Below the pieces are notes generated by a model. The model was not told where the DNA came from. It made no database searches and was given only the letters and a program-made list of their open reading frames with translations. Below, one piece after another: positions 40,600 through 53,560 of a stretch of DNA of 64,000 bases. Every line of letters starts with the position of its first letter. The first letter of the stretch is position 1. The position numbers and the translations under genes are program-made. The DNA is from Isurus oxyrinchus (lineage: Eukaryota), in the NCBI GenBank assembly GCA_026770705.1, contig JANJGN010000036.1, positions 2,728,001-2,792,000 of the forward strand, written 5' to 3'.

Positions 40600-42230
40600 A
40601 TCACCTTCCTGTTCCTCTCCTGTTGTGTTCTCATCGTGTAAGTCATTAACACAGCTCCGCTCACACAGAAAAACCCACAACTACCAGCATCTCAACCCAG
40701 GACTGATTTTGCCATCTCAGAACAAATTGCAGTTTCACCCAGGTGACATTTAAGTATAAGCTAAATATTGATCAAAACAAACCTCTACTGTGTCGTTAAA
40801 ATCAAAGAATAATTTATATTATTTACATACAGACATTTGCAAAGAAATAATAACCCTGTCGGTAACTGGAGTTACAGAGTTCGCATAAAAGATTGAGAAA
40901 AACTAAAGGAAGCCCCGAATCTTTGCTCAATGTTACGTTCACACTTAAATTATACTAATGCAGTGTAATATCAGTCGCAATATTCAATGCAACTTACTTC
41001 ATATTTTATTAAAATGAGTCAGTCTTTGTATGTGCTGACGATTTCACGGGGAAAGCTGTCCCTGTAATTTAAACCTTATAGCTCCTATATCGTCCTGTTG
41101 AGCTTAGATCTGACTTGCATAACCCCACTGCATAATCAAAATTCAGATACACAAGAATGCTACTGTTAAGAGTTCATTCTTATCCACAGGAGATTTATTG
41201 GACAGTTCCTGGGATATGGATCTTGAAAGAGTTTTAACAGGGAGTTCTTTGTTCTCCCGGAATTTCTGATCCGTTTCCATTATCTGATCCTGGAGTAATG
41301 AGAATGGGAATATGCAGACTGATGTGACTTTGATCGATATTGCAGTGTAACCCCCAGGTGTGGTGTCCTCCTCCCACTTCTCTCCCCCTTCTCTCCCTCT
41401 GTCTCCCTCTCTCTCTCTCTCTAACTGAATATCTTGTTGCTAATGTTTGCAAACCTAGGATTAGCAAAACAGTAATATCTAGACTGAAAAATACGAAATT
41501 CCATCAATATTGCATTCCATCATGCTGGCGGTTACATTATACAATGATAACTGGGTTTCCATGGCAATACATTTCTATCAAATTGCCCACAATATCCCAG
41601 ACATGAGAAGAGAATCACCCAGTGGTGGGGATTTTTGGGAATCATTATTCCTCAGTCACCTGTTTTTTTTCCAAAACAAACTGCACTCACCCCATTTCTC
41701 TAACTTGTAGGCTTAAACTTAAATACAAACAAAAAAAACAGTGTAAAAGTAAATTTGAACCCTCATAGGTCTCCTGCATCTGCTTCCTGTTCCTCTACTG
41801 TTGTGTTTTAATCCTGTAAATCATAACTCTCAGATAGAGAAACCCACAACAACAGCATCTCAACCCAGGACTGATATTGCCATCTCAAAATTAATTGCAG
41901 TTTCAGCCAGGTGACATATAATTATAAGCTAAATATTGATCAAACCAAATTTCTACTGTGTCGTTAAAATCGAAGAATAATTTATTTTATTTACATACAG
42001 GCATTTGCAGGGAAATAATAACCCTTTCTCTAACTGGAGTTACAGGGTGCGCATAAACGATTGAGAGAAACACAAAGAAGTCCCTAATTTTTGCTCAATG
42101 TTACTTTCACGCTTGAATTACACTAATACAGTAGACTTTCCTTCACAATATTCAAGGCAACCTATTTTATATGTTCTTAAAAATGAGCCTGTCTTTGTGA
42201 GCCCTGACGATTGCAGGGGTAAAGCTTAAT
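40600..42230. repeat. Tandemly duplicated about 450-bp type II 3'-UTR-like segment (40600-41080, 41780-42230)
   Basis: Shared cagcatctcaacccaggactgat...taactggagttacag. Further copies at 45810-46240 and, inverted, 32400-32800. Confidence 0.75.
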
Positions 42231-42417
42231 TTTTTGATGGGGATCTCCATGGCTCAACTGTTATTTGTACAAGGCTGTGGGTTCTTCGGCAAATCCTCTC
42301 TCCTCCATAATTCATCGGACAGAAAAGGTCCGGATTCTCATCTGCGACCTGCCTTCTTTTTTGATCTCTTTTCCAATGCACCATGTCCAAAGAGGCGTAG
42401 TGAGGTCCGCCCTGAGA
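42226..42417 (-). pseudogene. Orphan type II terminal exon (SQGGPHYASLDMV)
   Basis: tgtctcccag| acceptor and YASL motif; close paralog of 46245-46436. No upstream V, C or TM exons were seen between it and gene F. Confidence 0.62.
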
Positions 42418-44439
42418 CTGGGAGACACATTCAACATTATTGTTCAAAAATAATTTAAGACGACGCGTCAGATTATCTCGCCGGCAATCGCGTTTCATAG
42501 AATCATGGATTGATACATCCCAGGAGGAGGCCATTCGGTCCATTATTTCCCTTTCGGGCTTTTTGTAAACGCCATCCAATTAGTCCCACTCTCCCCTTCT
42601 CTGACCCCTTAAGCCAACTATTTTCTCCCCTTCAAGTCTTCATTCTTGAATCTGTCATTGATTCTGCTTTCATTGCCGTCTGTACCGATTTGAGCTTGTT
42701 TTGTTTAATGTGTCTATGCAAGAATTACCTGAAGAAATGTTTTGTAACGGATAAGTGAAATCGGAAAGCAGTTAATACAAAAATCACCAAAGTTTAATCA
42801 GGAAACTGGAAAGTTAGTGATAAATCTCAACAGCGAGTTCTAAAAACCTGATTCTAAAATGTTTGTATTTGTGTGTGGCGATATTTCATTATTTCCATCC
42901 AAGTTTATAAAAACACACTGAGGTAGATCATTCGGAAGGATTAGAAATAAAACTCTGAGTCACTTCGAGCCCGGTTTCATTCTCAATTACTCAATTATTG
43001 TTTCAGAGAAGAAAATCTATTGTGGAAAGCTTTCTTGGAAATTCACAAAATTGTGGTAGGAATAGACAAGTTAGGCAATGCGCATTCAGCCCTATTGACT
43101 GAGGGTACAATGACTACGGAATACACATTTACATGTTGGGCCAAGAGATGCAGGGGGGTGTGAGGGATATCCTACTTCAGGCAGTGAGTGATAATGGCCT
43201 GGAACTCACATACCAAGAGTGATGGAAGGGGAGAGAATGAATGATTACAAATGTACGTTTACTGAGGCAAATAATCTTACCGGCTCAATGTCAAACATCG
43301 GAATTAGGGTTTTAATTGCGTTGATCCAAGATAACGGGTATGCCATCCATGGTCGAGTGACATTCCTCTGTTTTGTAATAACTCTATGGTTCTATGACTC
43401 CCGGAGACATCTGGACCTGTGTCAGTTAGGCATATAATGAAATAACACTTCATCAGGGGGATAATCCAGAAACACAATGAATGCTCAGTTACAATGAATA
43501 TCATGATTTGGGAGTGATTCCTGCTCTCGGCCTCCTAACACTCAGACCGTGTGAATATTCTTATCAATCGCTCGAAGCATATTCGTGAAGAAATGTATCA
43601 GGCCTGCTTTGTTGCTCAATATGAAACCGCATTATCCCCTGATGGTCAGGAATTTGTTCCCAGTGCATTCAGAGCCGAGGCTAATACAGTTGTATCATCA
43701 AAGTTGGGTTTGCAAAGACAATTTCAAATCTTATGGGGAGATTGAAAGAGCGAAAAAAAGAGATTGAATTCCTTTAATCTTGCACCAACTAAACAGAACA
43801 GAGAGCTGAAGGGAAAAATGAGGCGACTGAAATATTGCCACATGCATCAGCACAATTATACATCATTAACAGATGAAATAAAAACTCACCAGGAACTCCA
43901 ACTGCTGCAAGAAAAGGATAGTAAATGTGATCTATCGGAAGAATGAATGCATGTACCATTATTGAGAAACACTGAAGCCGGTTTTGTTGAATCCACAGCT
44001 CCATTCGGCGTGCCGAGATTCAGCATTTGAAGGAGCCGTGATTTAAAGGCATCTTACCTGCTCTGGTCGGGCTAATTACCAGATCATTGCTATCAGATAC
44101 ACTCACATGAACAAACAACTTGCTTCAGCAGCTTTGATTCCAATGCAAATAATATGTCGTACAAAACACAGACATCTCCAGCTGCAGGTTTTTATATTAA
44201 GACACCGCTTAGTTGGAATCACGCTAAGAATTAAACCTGCATATTTGATCCAACAATAATTATTCAATCACATTGGGCTTTCATTCTGTGAAGCCCCTTT
44301 GCTCCTGCCGGCACATTGTTAAATGTTAATGATCACTTCGCAAATTGTACATTTTGCCAAGGGATCTGTTCCACTGTTTCCAAGTCAAGACACAACGTCT
44401 CAGACTCTGACTCGAGGTACATTGAAGGCCTGGTCCATG

Positions 44440-45140
44440 ACCGCAGCCTTTAGGAATTCCTGTGATTGATACCAGGGGGAGGACAATGAACACACACTTT
44501 TGGCATTCCTCTCTCCGCCTCATCCCTCTGCTTCCACATTAGCTCAAGTTTCCAGGAAGGTTAGGACTGTGATACCACATAACTGCATTCCTCGTGTTCA
44601 CTCATTGTCGAACGCTTATCACCCTTCTCCTGCTCTCTTTGTGGCATCAGCAAATTTAGCTACTATACCTTCAGTCCATTCATACAAGTCGTTTGTATAA
44701 ACTGGAAAATGTTGAGGCCCCGGTACTAATCAGTGTAGCAAACTATTCACTGCAAACTGCCAACCAGGAAATAAATACCCATTTACGGTAACCCACTGTT
44801 TCCTGTTAGCCTGATAATCTGCTAGCCATGCATATATGTCGCACCCTACACCATGAGCTTTTAACTATCGCAATATCCTGTAATGTGGCAGTGTATAAAA
44901 TGCGTTCTGCAAGTCCTAATTCAGTATATTCACCAGCTCCCCTTGAGCCACAGCACATGCAACTCCTTCAAAGAATTCCATTAAATTGATTAGATTTCAT
45001 TTCCCTTCACAAACCCATGTTGACTGTATCAAATTGCAGTGATGTTTCCTCAGCGGCCTGCCATCACATTTTCAATCATAGCTACCCACATTTTCCCAGT
45101 GGCAGAAGTTAAGTGGCCCGTAGTTTCAGCCTTTCTGTCT
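44440..45140 (-). mobile_element. Old CR1 LINE RT fragment
   Basis: Reverse complement of ...KFADATK... and the QHGFVKGK region (ttcccttcacaaacccatgttgact). Confidence 0.5.
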
Positions 45141-45454
45141 CCCTCCCAATTCCCGATTTACAGTTATTTCTGGGATGTTACTTATCGTGAGAAGTGATGC
45201 AAAATTTGGACATGGACACCTTCAGTACCTGAGCAGTCGCGAATGGAATGGTATTGAGCATTGTGTAATCATCAGTGGACAAGTTAAAAAAAGGCATCGC
45301 ATTTACTTGGAAGTCCAGCGTCACCATAGCCTGTCATTATAAATGCAAGCATTCAGCACCTTTACCTTTCATCTCTCAATTCCCAAAGACAAGCTCTCTT
45401 CACTAACTTTCCCCAGTTTAACTACCCGTGAACACCCACACACACACACCCACA

Positions 45455-45493
<39 letters not shown>

Positions 45494-46244
45494 CTTGCTT
45501 TACAGACTACCACCAAAACACATATAAAACCAATATCCATCTTCACGCACTGAACTTCAGTCAATCACCTTGTTTGCATTTCCGCCAATGCACTTGCACA
45601 ACAAAATGAAATGGTCACCAGCTTCAGCACCTTTCTGGGGGAGGGACATTCAGATTTACACTCCACATTCCACAAAACTTGTTTGTCTAAAACGCAATGC
45701 AATGACAGTAAAAGTCTGGCATGTAGGTTTAATGTTGAACACAAACCAAAAGTCAACGTGAGAAAATGATATGCAACCATGAGACATTTCCTGCATCACT
45801 GCCCGTGTCCCTCTCCTTCTGTGTTCCAATTGTGTAAATGATAGAACACATCACATCTCAGACAATGAAACCCAACGCTAACAGCATCTCAATACAGGAC
45901 TGATATTGTCGGCTGAACAGAAATTGCAGTTTTATTCAAATGGCATTTAATTATAAAGTAATTAATAATCATTACAATCATTCGGTGCATCGTTAAAATC
46001 GCAAAGTAATTTATTTTATTCAGATGCAAACATTAAGAAATCAACATCCTGTCAGTAACTGGAGTTACAGGATCAGCAGAAAATGCCCAGAAAAACGATG
46101 GAAGGTCCCTACTGCTTGCTCAATGTTTCCCTCACACTTGAGATGCACGATGACGGTGGAATATCCTTAACAATATCCAAAACAAATTCTACATTTAGCA
46201 AAATAAGCCAGTCTTTGTAGATCTGGGCAGTGAACGAGGAACGC

Positions 46245-49200
46245 TTATTTGTTTGAAAGGAGTCTCCTTTGCTCCATGTTGATTTCCACAAAGCTGTTGG
46301 TTCTTTGGCAATTCCTGTCTCCTCCATAATTCATCAGACAGAAACAGTCCCGAATCTCAGCTGCGACCTGCCTCTTGTTTGATTTTTTATCCAATGCAAC
46401 CAAGTCCAGACAGGCGTAGAGAGGTCTGCCTTGGGTCTGGGAGACATACTTAAACATTAAAAATCGAAAGTAATAAAAGGACAAGTCAGCTTATCCACTT
46501 CCCCAACCGCGTTTCATAGAGTCATGGAATGAAGCAGCGCAGGAGGAGGACATTCGGCCCATTGCGTCTGTGCCAGCTCTGCGAAAGAACAATGCAATTA
46601 AAAACATTGTATCTTCTCTGTCCCCATATCGCTGCGAGTATTTACCTTTGACTGTGTTTTTGTAATTCCTTCTTGATAGTTATTATTGGACCTTCTTCCA
46701 ATGCCCTCTATATCAGTTTGAGGATTTTTTTGCTTCATCTGTCTGAATTGAGACAGTGAAGCAGGACCCGGAAAGCAACCGAAAATCACCAAAGTTTAAT
46801 CAGAAAACTGGGATGATGAGTTTATCAATTTGATTGGATTGTATTGTTGTTAATTAGCCAATCCGATCCCCATGTTTCATGATCAGCCATCTACACGATT
46901 GAGTAGAGCCAACAGCACGAATCACATTCCGAGGAATCACACTCACACACACCCAAAAGTAAAAGACTTGCGTTCTCTTGGCCTGTCACGAACTAAAGAA
47001 TCCTCAGAACATTTTACACTCACCTATTTCAGGTGTGGTCTCTATCCTTATTGCAACCGGACAGCCAGTCTGCGCACAGTAAGATCCCATAAACCACAAT
47101 GTTGTAATGACCCAGATTGTTTAAAAGATGTTGGTTCAGAGACATCGTAAGAAACGGAGCACCAGGAAGAGCCGCTCCCCAACAGCCCAAGCACTGCTCT
47201 TCTTGCAATAGTGGAGGTGCCATCTTTTAATTGACCTGAGAGGGCAGACAAGGCCTCAGTTTAATGTTTCATGCGCAAACAGCACCTCAGACAGCGCAGC
47301 ACCTGCTCTGGTGGTTCAGTATAGATTTTCTGCTCAAGTCTCTGGATACACACGCACACACACACTCACACACAGAAATNNNNNNNNNNNNNNNNNNNNN
47401 NNNNNNNNNNNNNNNNNNNNNNNNNNNNNNNNNNNNNNNNNNNNNNNNNNNNNNNNNNNNNNNNNNNNNNNNNNNNNNNNNNNNNNNNNNNNNNNNNNNN
47501 NNNNNNNNNNNNNNNNNNNNNNNNNNNNNNNNNNNNNNNNNNNNNNNNNNNNNNNNNNATACTCACACGCACACACACACACACACAGACATAAGCACAC
47601 AAAGTGCGCACACACATGCATGGAGATGCAGACACAGTCACAGACACACACAAACACAGACATACACACATTCACACACACACATACACACACACACTTT
47701 CTGCCCGAACTGGTTCCATCTTTGTCAATTTACAACGGAAATACATGTTGATTTATCTATAAAACTCCTTTGGGTTTTGCCTTAACTTATTCGTAATTCC
47801 ATTGGCTAATGTACTTACTGAATTGGTTGGCGTGGGGAGTCAGAAAGGTGGGAAACGAGGGAGGGGGATTCGACTCACTGTAGGCGCAAATAAAAATAGC
47901 AGAAAGACAAAAAGTTTAGCTGCTGGAAATCCGCAGTGAAATTACTCTGCCCTTTGTATGGACAGATGGGGAGAGGAACTTGGGGTTATGTTCTGATTCC
48001 ACGTAGAGGGATGAGTGGCATTTAGTACAAATTTAGATGTTCCAGTCTGGGACCTGGTTTCTATTAACCATCTGAAATGTGCAGCATGGGATTCCTTGCA
48101 GCTTATCCCAGAAAAACACGTGTTTGTATATTATTACAACAGTGTAAAAAAACTCACCGTTATTGCATCCTGACATGCCTGCTTAGCCTCTGTTTGACGG
48201 TGGTCGCCTGTGTTATTAATGGTTATGATCAGAATTGAAATGTTTCCCAGCCTGGCTAATCCATAATTAATTACAGACACACCATGTGACAATGATCCGC
48301 AAATCTTCCAATTGCCCCAATATGTCAATGGGCCCCAGATGTCAATGGAGCCCCAATCCACCGAAGCTTCCCCAATACGTGAAAGGTCCCTCAATAATTC
48401 AGTGGAGTGGTATTCATCATTGGGTGGACAGGCACTATCTACTCCTGGTGCTAAGCATCTATTCTCCATCTGGTCTATTACTAACAGTATTTGTACCAGT
48501 AATTGCAATTTTTTATAGGGCCCACAGGCAGCAGAGCGATTGTAAAACATTTTGATAACAGGGAATGGTCTTAAGCATTTTTCCAATTCCAGCCACTTGT
48601 CATTCAATCCGTGCTAACATTTGAATGCAACTTACCCGTGTGCAGCTCATTCTGTCCCTCTCTTTGCCTTTTCCCTCTCAAGCTAAAACTGGCTTCAAAC
48701 AAAAAGATCAAACATGTCTTAAGTCTTTTAAATCCTGGGCTCAAGTGCCAGAAAATGTTGAGAAGGAATTTGTCGAGTGGTCGTAGAATAAATCTTAAAA
48801 GATCATGGAAAATGTCAGCATATATCATTGGAATCAGAGTTGGATTTCAAACGGGTGAGGCACATTGTCCAATATAGAGAAGGTGCTCGGGATGAATTTT
48901 GCAAATGGTTCAGTTACTCAATTTCCATTGTGGGATCTCTGGTATCGTTCTTCTAAAAGGAGAATCTGCAATTAGCATTTCAACACTACAAGAAGGGAAC
49001 CAAGTGAGACAAACAATTATTAAAATGTCCCTGATAAATATCAATTCTCACCTGATCTGCCGCTTTTAAGAATCCAAATGGAAATAAGGACCAAGAGTAG
49101 AACCAGTATCACCAGGACAGTTATGAGAACAGGAGGGGCCAGACTGCACCATCCTACAGAGACAAAACACTTAGAACCTGCTGCTCGGTCAAATCATCCT

Positions 49201-51025
49201 TTTCTGGGATTATCTGATGGGAAAAGTGACCCAAATGGAAGCCCAGAAACAGTCCATTCGAACGATCGTGCCAGTGCAGGCCCTTTGAAAGAGGTATCTA
49301 ATTAGTCCCATTCTCCCTGCTCTTCCCCGCCCATAGCCATGTAAATGTTTCCCCTCCAAGGACTGATCCGATTCCCCCTTTTGAAAGTTCCTATCGAATC
49401 TGCTTCCACCGCCGTTTCAGGCAGCACCTTCCAGATCACAGCAACTCGCTGCGTTTTAATGAATTCTCCTTATCACCCTGTCTGGTTCTTTTCCCGATTC
49501 TCTTCAAGCTGTCTCCTTCTGGTTACCGACCCCCCTGCCAGTAGAAACATTTTCTCCCATTTGACTCCATCGAAACCCCTCATAATTTTAAACGCCTCGA
49601 TTTAATGTCCACTCGATCTTTACTGTTCTAAGGAGAACAACACGAGATTCTAGTTCCTCCACATTAACTGAAGTCCGCCATCGCTGATCCCATTCAATTA
49701 AATGCCCGCTATACCCTCTCTAAGGCATTCTTGCCTGTTTCCTGCTTCTAAAGTACATCCAGTGCAGAACGGACGTCAAATCCATTCCAAAGTGCACCGC
49801 CTGTGAAAAAAAGCAGTGGAAGTAGATTCAACAAAAATTTTCAGAAGGAAACCCCGTTATGACTTGGACAGGGAAATGTGAAAGGGCTTTGGGGAAACTG
49901 ATTTCAAAGTTGAATAAAAACCTTCATTGTTGAAATAACATTCTCACCTGCCCCTACTGCTTTGGGGAACGACACGCACTTTATCCAATATTTGACTGAA
50001 GACCCCAGTTGAACAATACAAATACAAACAGCGGCGCTTCTCCGGGTTTCCCTCAGCACCACGACGTGACTTCTGATACTGTAGGTCCCATCCGCCTCCA
50101 TTGTACAGGGATCTCTCAGTCCATCAGTGGCCAGGCCGGAAATATTCCAGAAAATAACAATCTGGTTGGAAGAAACTCCACTGACCAAACACACTAAGCG
50201 GACCGTTTCCCTCAAATGCAGCTCACCTGCGGAGCAAACATCAGCACAGCCGCCTTGTTGGTGGAACTCTCTGGACAGAGATTGAGGCACAGTTAGTGAT
50301 TAATTTGCACGAAATGATAATGCTCTGCATGATCGGAATTCATTTCACTTGCTCTCTCACCTCCAACCAGTAGTGTTGGTGCATTCTATATCGGTACATC
50401 GCTACCCCTACGAGCACAGTGATAGGAACCCGAGTCATTCACCTGGACATTGCGAATTTCCAGAATCATCAAATTTGTGCTGTTGCCTTTTTTTGGAAAT
50501 AAACTTTCAACCGGTCTCCTGACAGGGCTGGCGGTCGATTAGTGTCGGGGCTTCACCCACAGGGTGGTTGTACCAGAAATAGTGAGACACCGATTCCACT
50601 TCGTAACCGCACGGATTCCACCGTCTCTCCGACTTTAGCTGTCGTGATGATGGGGCTCTGAGACAGGCAGGGTTCGGATTCTGCAACTAGAGGGATTTTT
50701 GTTACATTATCACTGGTTAATGAGGGATAGGAAGCTGCCGCTTTGAAACATTTCACATTTAATTTAAGCAAAGTTACATCATTGGCTTTACATATTCTTG
50801 GTTAGATTAATTCTCCAATTAGATTTTTTTCGCTTCATAAGAGGAACTAGTAAACATACTCACATGATTAGGTCAAACTCCTTCACCTGGCCTCTGGGTT
50901 ACATTTTCAGTTTAGTAAACACTGATTCTGGCTCATTCAAGTTTCAAATTCTCCCCTGCCTCTTACTCACCATATACCCGCAGCATTTGGAGAATAAGCA
51001 TCAGAATTAACGATTCCAATGACAT
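46245..51025 (-). pseudogene. Gene F: type II V-C1-TM receptor pseudogene (divergent subfamily)
   Basis: Leader 50971-51025 MSLESLILMLILQMLRVYG|gtgagt. V 50361-50680 (SQSP..KVGETV, FWY, NDSGSYHC) has a frameshift and two stops. C1 49948-50270 (LVCLVSG, FWNISG, DGTYSIRS, CICIV) has a frameshift. TM 49052-49153 encodes GWCSLAPPVLITVLVILVLLLVLISIWIL. Candidate cytoplasmic exons are 48922-48965, 48158-48207 and, from 46436, TQGRPLYACLDL. Confidence 0.8.
47380..47558. other. Assembly gap
   Basis: Run of N within a CA repeat. Confidence 1.
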
Positions 51026-52239
51026 CTTGACGCGCTGAGTATTTCCTGTTTTCGCTCTCACCAGTTTAGTGATTGCAGGCGGAGTGGCCGCAGACAGCCC
51101 TGAGCTCAGTCGCAGTCAACAGCTTCACTTTCAGATGCGTTGGAAACTATGACGAGTTATGCTATGGAAAATATGACGCCATTTTGGGTGGGTGTCCTGG
51201 TGAATACCACATGCATTTTTCATACTGTGGTCACCGTTTGTGCGTCACAGCGGCCAAGTCGCAGCATGTTTATAAATAAATTTACTGGGTTGTGGTTCAT
51301 TGTGTCGAGGGTGCGGGTGTCAAAGAATACTAATTGGGTGTATGGATGCTGAATAGTGTAGTTAAAGTTTATTTCATTCTGGGGATATCATGGCCTCTGG
51401 CAAGGCCAGAATGCATTAACCATCACCGAATGTCACTTGGGAAGGTGGTGGTGAGCTGCCTTCCTGAACCACTGAAAGTACACACACAGTGCTTTCAGGG
51501 TGGGAGTTCCAGGATTTTGAATCAATGACAGTGAAGGAACTGTGATGAATTTCCAAGTCAGAGTGATGAGTGGCATGGAGGGGAATTTGCAGTGGGCGGT
51601 GTTCCCAAGTATTTGCTGAATTTGGATGTCAATGTTGCAGAGTACGCAGGTTTGGAAAGAAAACGCCAAGAATTTAGTGTTATGTGATAATACTCACTAT
51701 TAGCTATTCTGTAAACAGGTTGTACAGGATTCGTAAGACATTCTGGTTAACACAGAGACTGGATGAAATGTATGTGGATTAATTTTAATTTTAATTACAT
51801 GTATCTTATTCAATATGCACAAATTACGCAAAGGCCTAGAGAGGAATTCTAATGCAACAAACACGATCACTCACTGCACTTATCGAGAATCTAAATGAAC
51901 GAATCTCTTTCGAATTCAGTTCTGCCCCTTAAAATGTTCGTGCACCGTCCTCCTTTCTGCTAAGTCACATTGAGTAGGTTTTCGGACTGACTTATTCTAT
52001 TATATAAAGCGCCAAGGGGGGTTACCGTGAATTCAGTTCATTGTTCAGTTCTGAGTTCATTGTTGAATTCTAATTACCAATGACTTGAGTGATAGGTCCC
52101 GTGAAGAGAGTTTCAAACAATAATACATCTTTCACTTTGCATTGTTATCTAAGCGCGTTTACAGCAGTTCAATGGAAAATTCACTGCACAGTTATGAATT
52201 TGACGTTGTCGTTAAGCTGCTTTGATGTTGCAGTTTACA

Positions 52240-53270
52240 GAGTTACATAGAACGTACAGCACAGAAACAGGCCATTCCGACCCGAATACTCGTGCTTGTG
52301 TTTATGGTCTGCACGAGCCTTCTCCCACCCTCTCTTCATCTCAGCCCAACAACATTTCCTTTTATTCCTTTCTCCCGCATTTGTTTATCCAGCTTCCCAC
52401 TGAAATGCATCTCTGAAATAGACTGAAGCATTCCCTTTGGGAGCGGGTTCCAGAATCTCCCCTGGGTAAAGATGTTTCCCCTGAATTTCAGACTGGCTTT
52501 ATCTCATATTAATCACCTCTCGTTACGAAGGGCGATAGGAACACAGGAGCAGGATTAAGCCATTGGGCCATTCGAGACTGCTCCACCATTCAATAAGATT
52601 ATGGCCGATCTGGTTGTGGCCTCAACTCCACTATGCTGTCTGTCGCTCATACGCCTTGACTCCCGTGCCTAACAAAAACCTGTCCGTCACGGGGCCTTGA
52701 ATAAATTCAAGGACCCATCCGCGACTACTTTCTGGGGAAGAGAATACCACACATGAGTGACCCATTGGGTGAAAACAAATCTCGTCATCTCTGTCTTAAA
52801 AAGGAGACCTTGATTTTTGATCGATGTCCAGAGATTTGGCAACAACAGGAAGCACCTTCGGGGTATCCGCCCTATCAAGGCCCCTCAGGAACCTATATGT
52901 TTCAATACCTTTCATTCCTCTAAACCCCAAATGGAATTTTTGAATTCTTGAGTGATGACCAATATTTTTGAAATCCTGCAGAATTAGAGCCAGCTTCCCT
53001 ACGGCTGCCTATTTGGACCATTTCATAATTGTAAAGACCTCGATCTGGTCGTCCCTCAATCTCTCATCCCCACCCTCCAAAACACTTTTTAGAGAAACGA
53101 GCCTCAGCCTGTTCATTCCTTCCTGTTATTTATAAGCTCTCAGTTCCCGTATCATCCTTGTGAAATATTAACTGCACCTTTATCAATATCTCTGTATCTG
53201 AATATGGAGAATATTTCTCGAATATGCAGGACTGTGTTCTGTACTCCAAGTGTAGTCTAACTAATGTGAA
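52240..53270 (-). mobile_element. Nested CR1 3' fragments between genes F and E
   Basis: Typical CR1 3' tails on the minus strand (cagcacagaaacaggccattc; ggagcaggattaagccattgggcc...). Confidence 0.5.
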
Positions 53271-53334
53271 TACATACCTGGTGTATTTTGGAAATCAGAT
53301 GATGCGTGCGCGACAGCACTTTGACCTGCGCTAA

Positions 53335-53349
53335 ACAGGAAAACCACAG
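53335..53349 (+). promoter_or_regulatory. Candidate ETS + RUNX composite site upstream of gene E
   Basis: ACAGGAAAACCACA about 175 nt before the ATG. Short motifs; untested. Confidence 0.3.
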
Positions 53350-53517
53350 AGAGTTGTCTACCTCGGCACTATTTTCCAACCCCCATCGTTTAATAATAAA
53401 CATAGAACGCCATTCAGGCTGCTTATTTCACACCTCCTTCGCACCGAAAGAATGAGAGCGAGTTCTCAGTGAGATTCGGATCGGGGCTCAGAGTCTGACC
53501 GCCTGAAGCCAGGGACA

Positions 53518-53560
53518 ATGAGATACCTCGGTGTGTGTGCATTGTCCCATCTCTTCCAGG
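53518..53560 (+). CDS. Gene E leader exon
   Basis: ATG...CAG G|gtaaga, 43 nt, phase 1, MRYLGVCALSHLFQ. Homologous to the 43-nt leader of D (MRLLTSCALLHLFP). Confidence 0.8.

Noticed and set aside
50415-50421. CACAGTG heptamer at the end of the F V exon as an RSS
   Set aside because: It simply overlaps the YHC codons. There is no nonamer at 12 or 23 nt.
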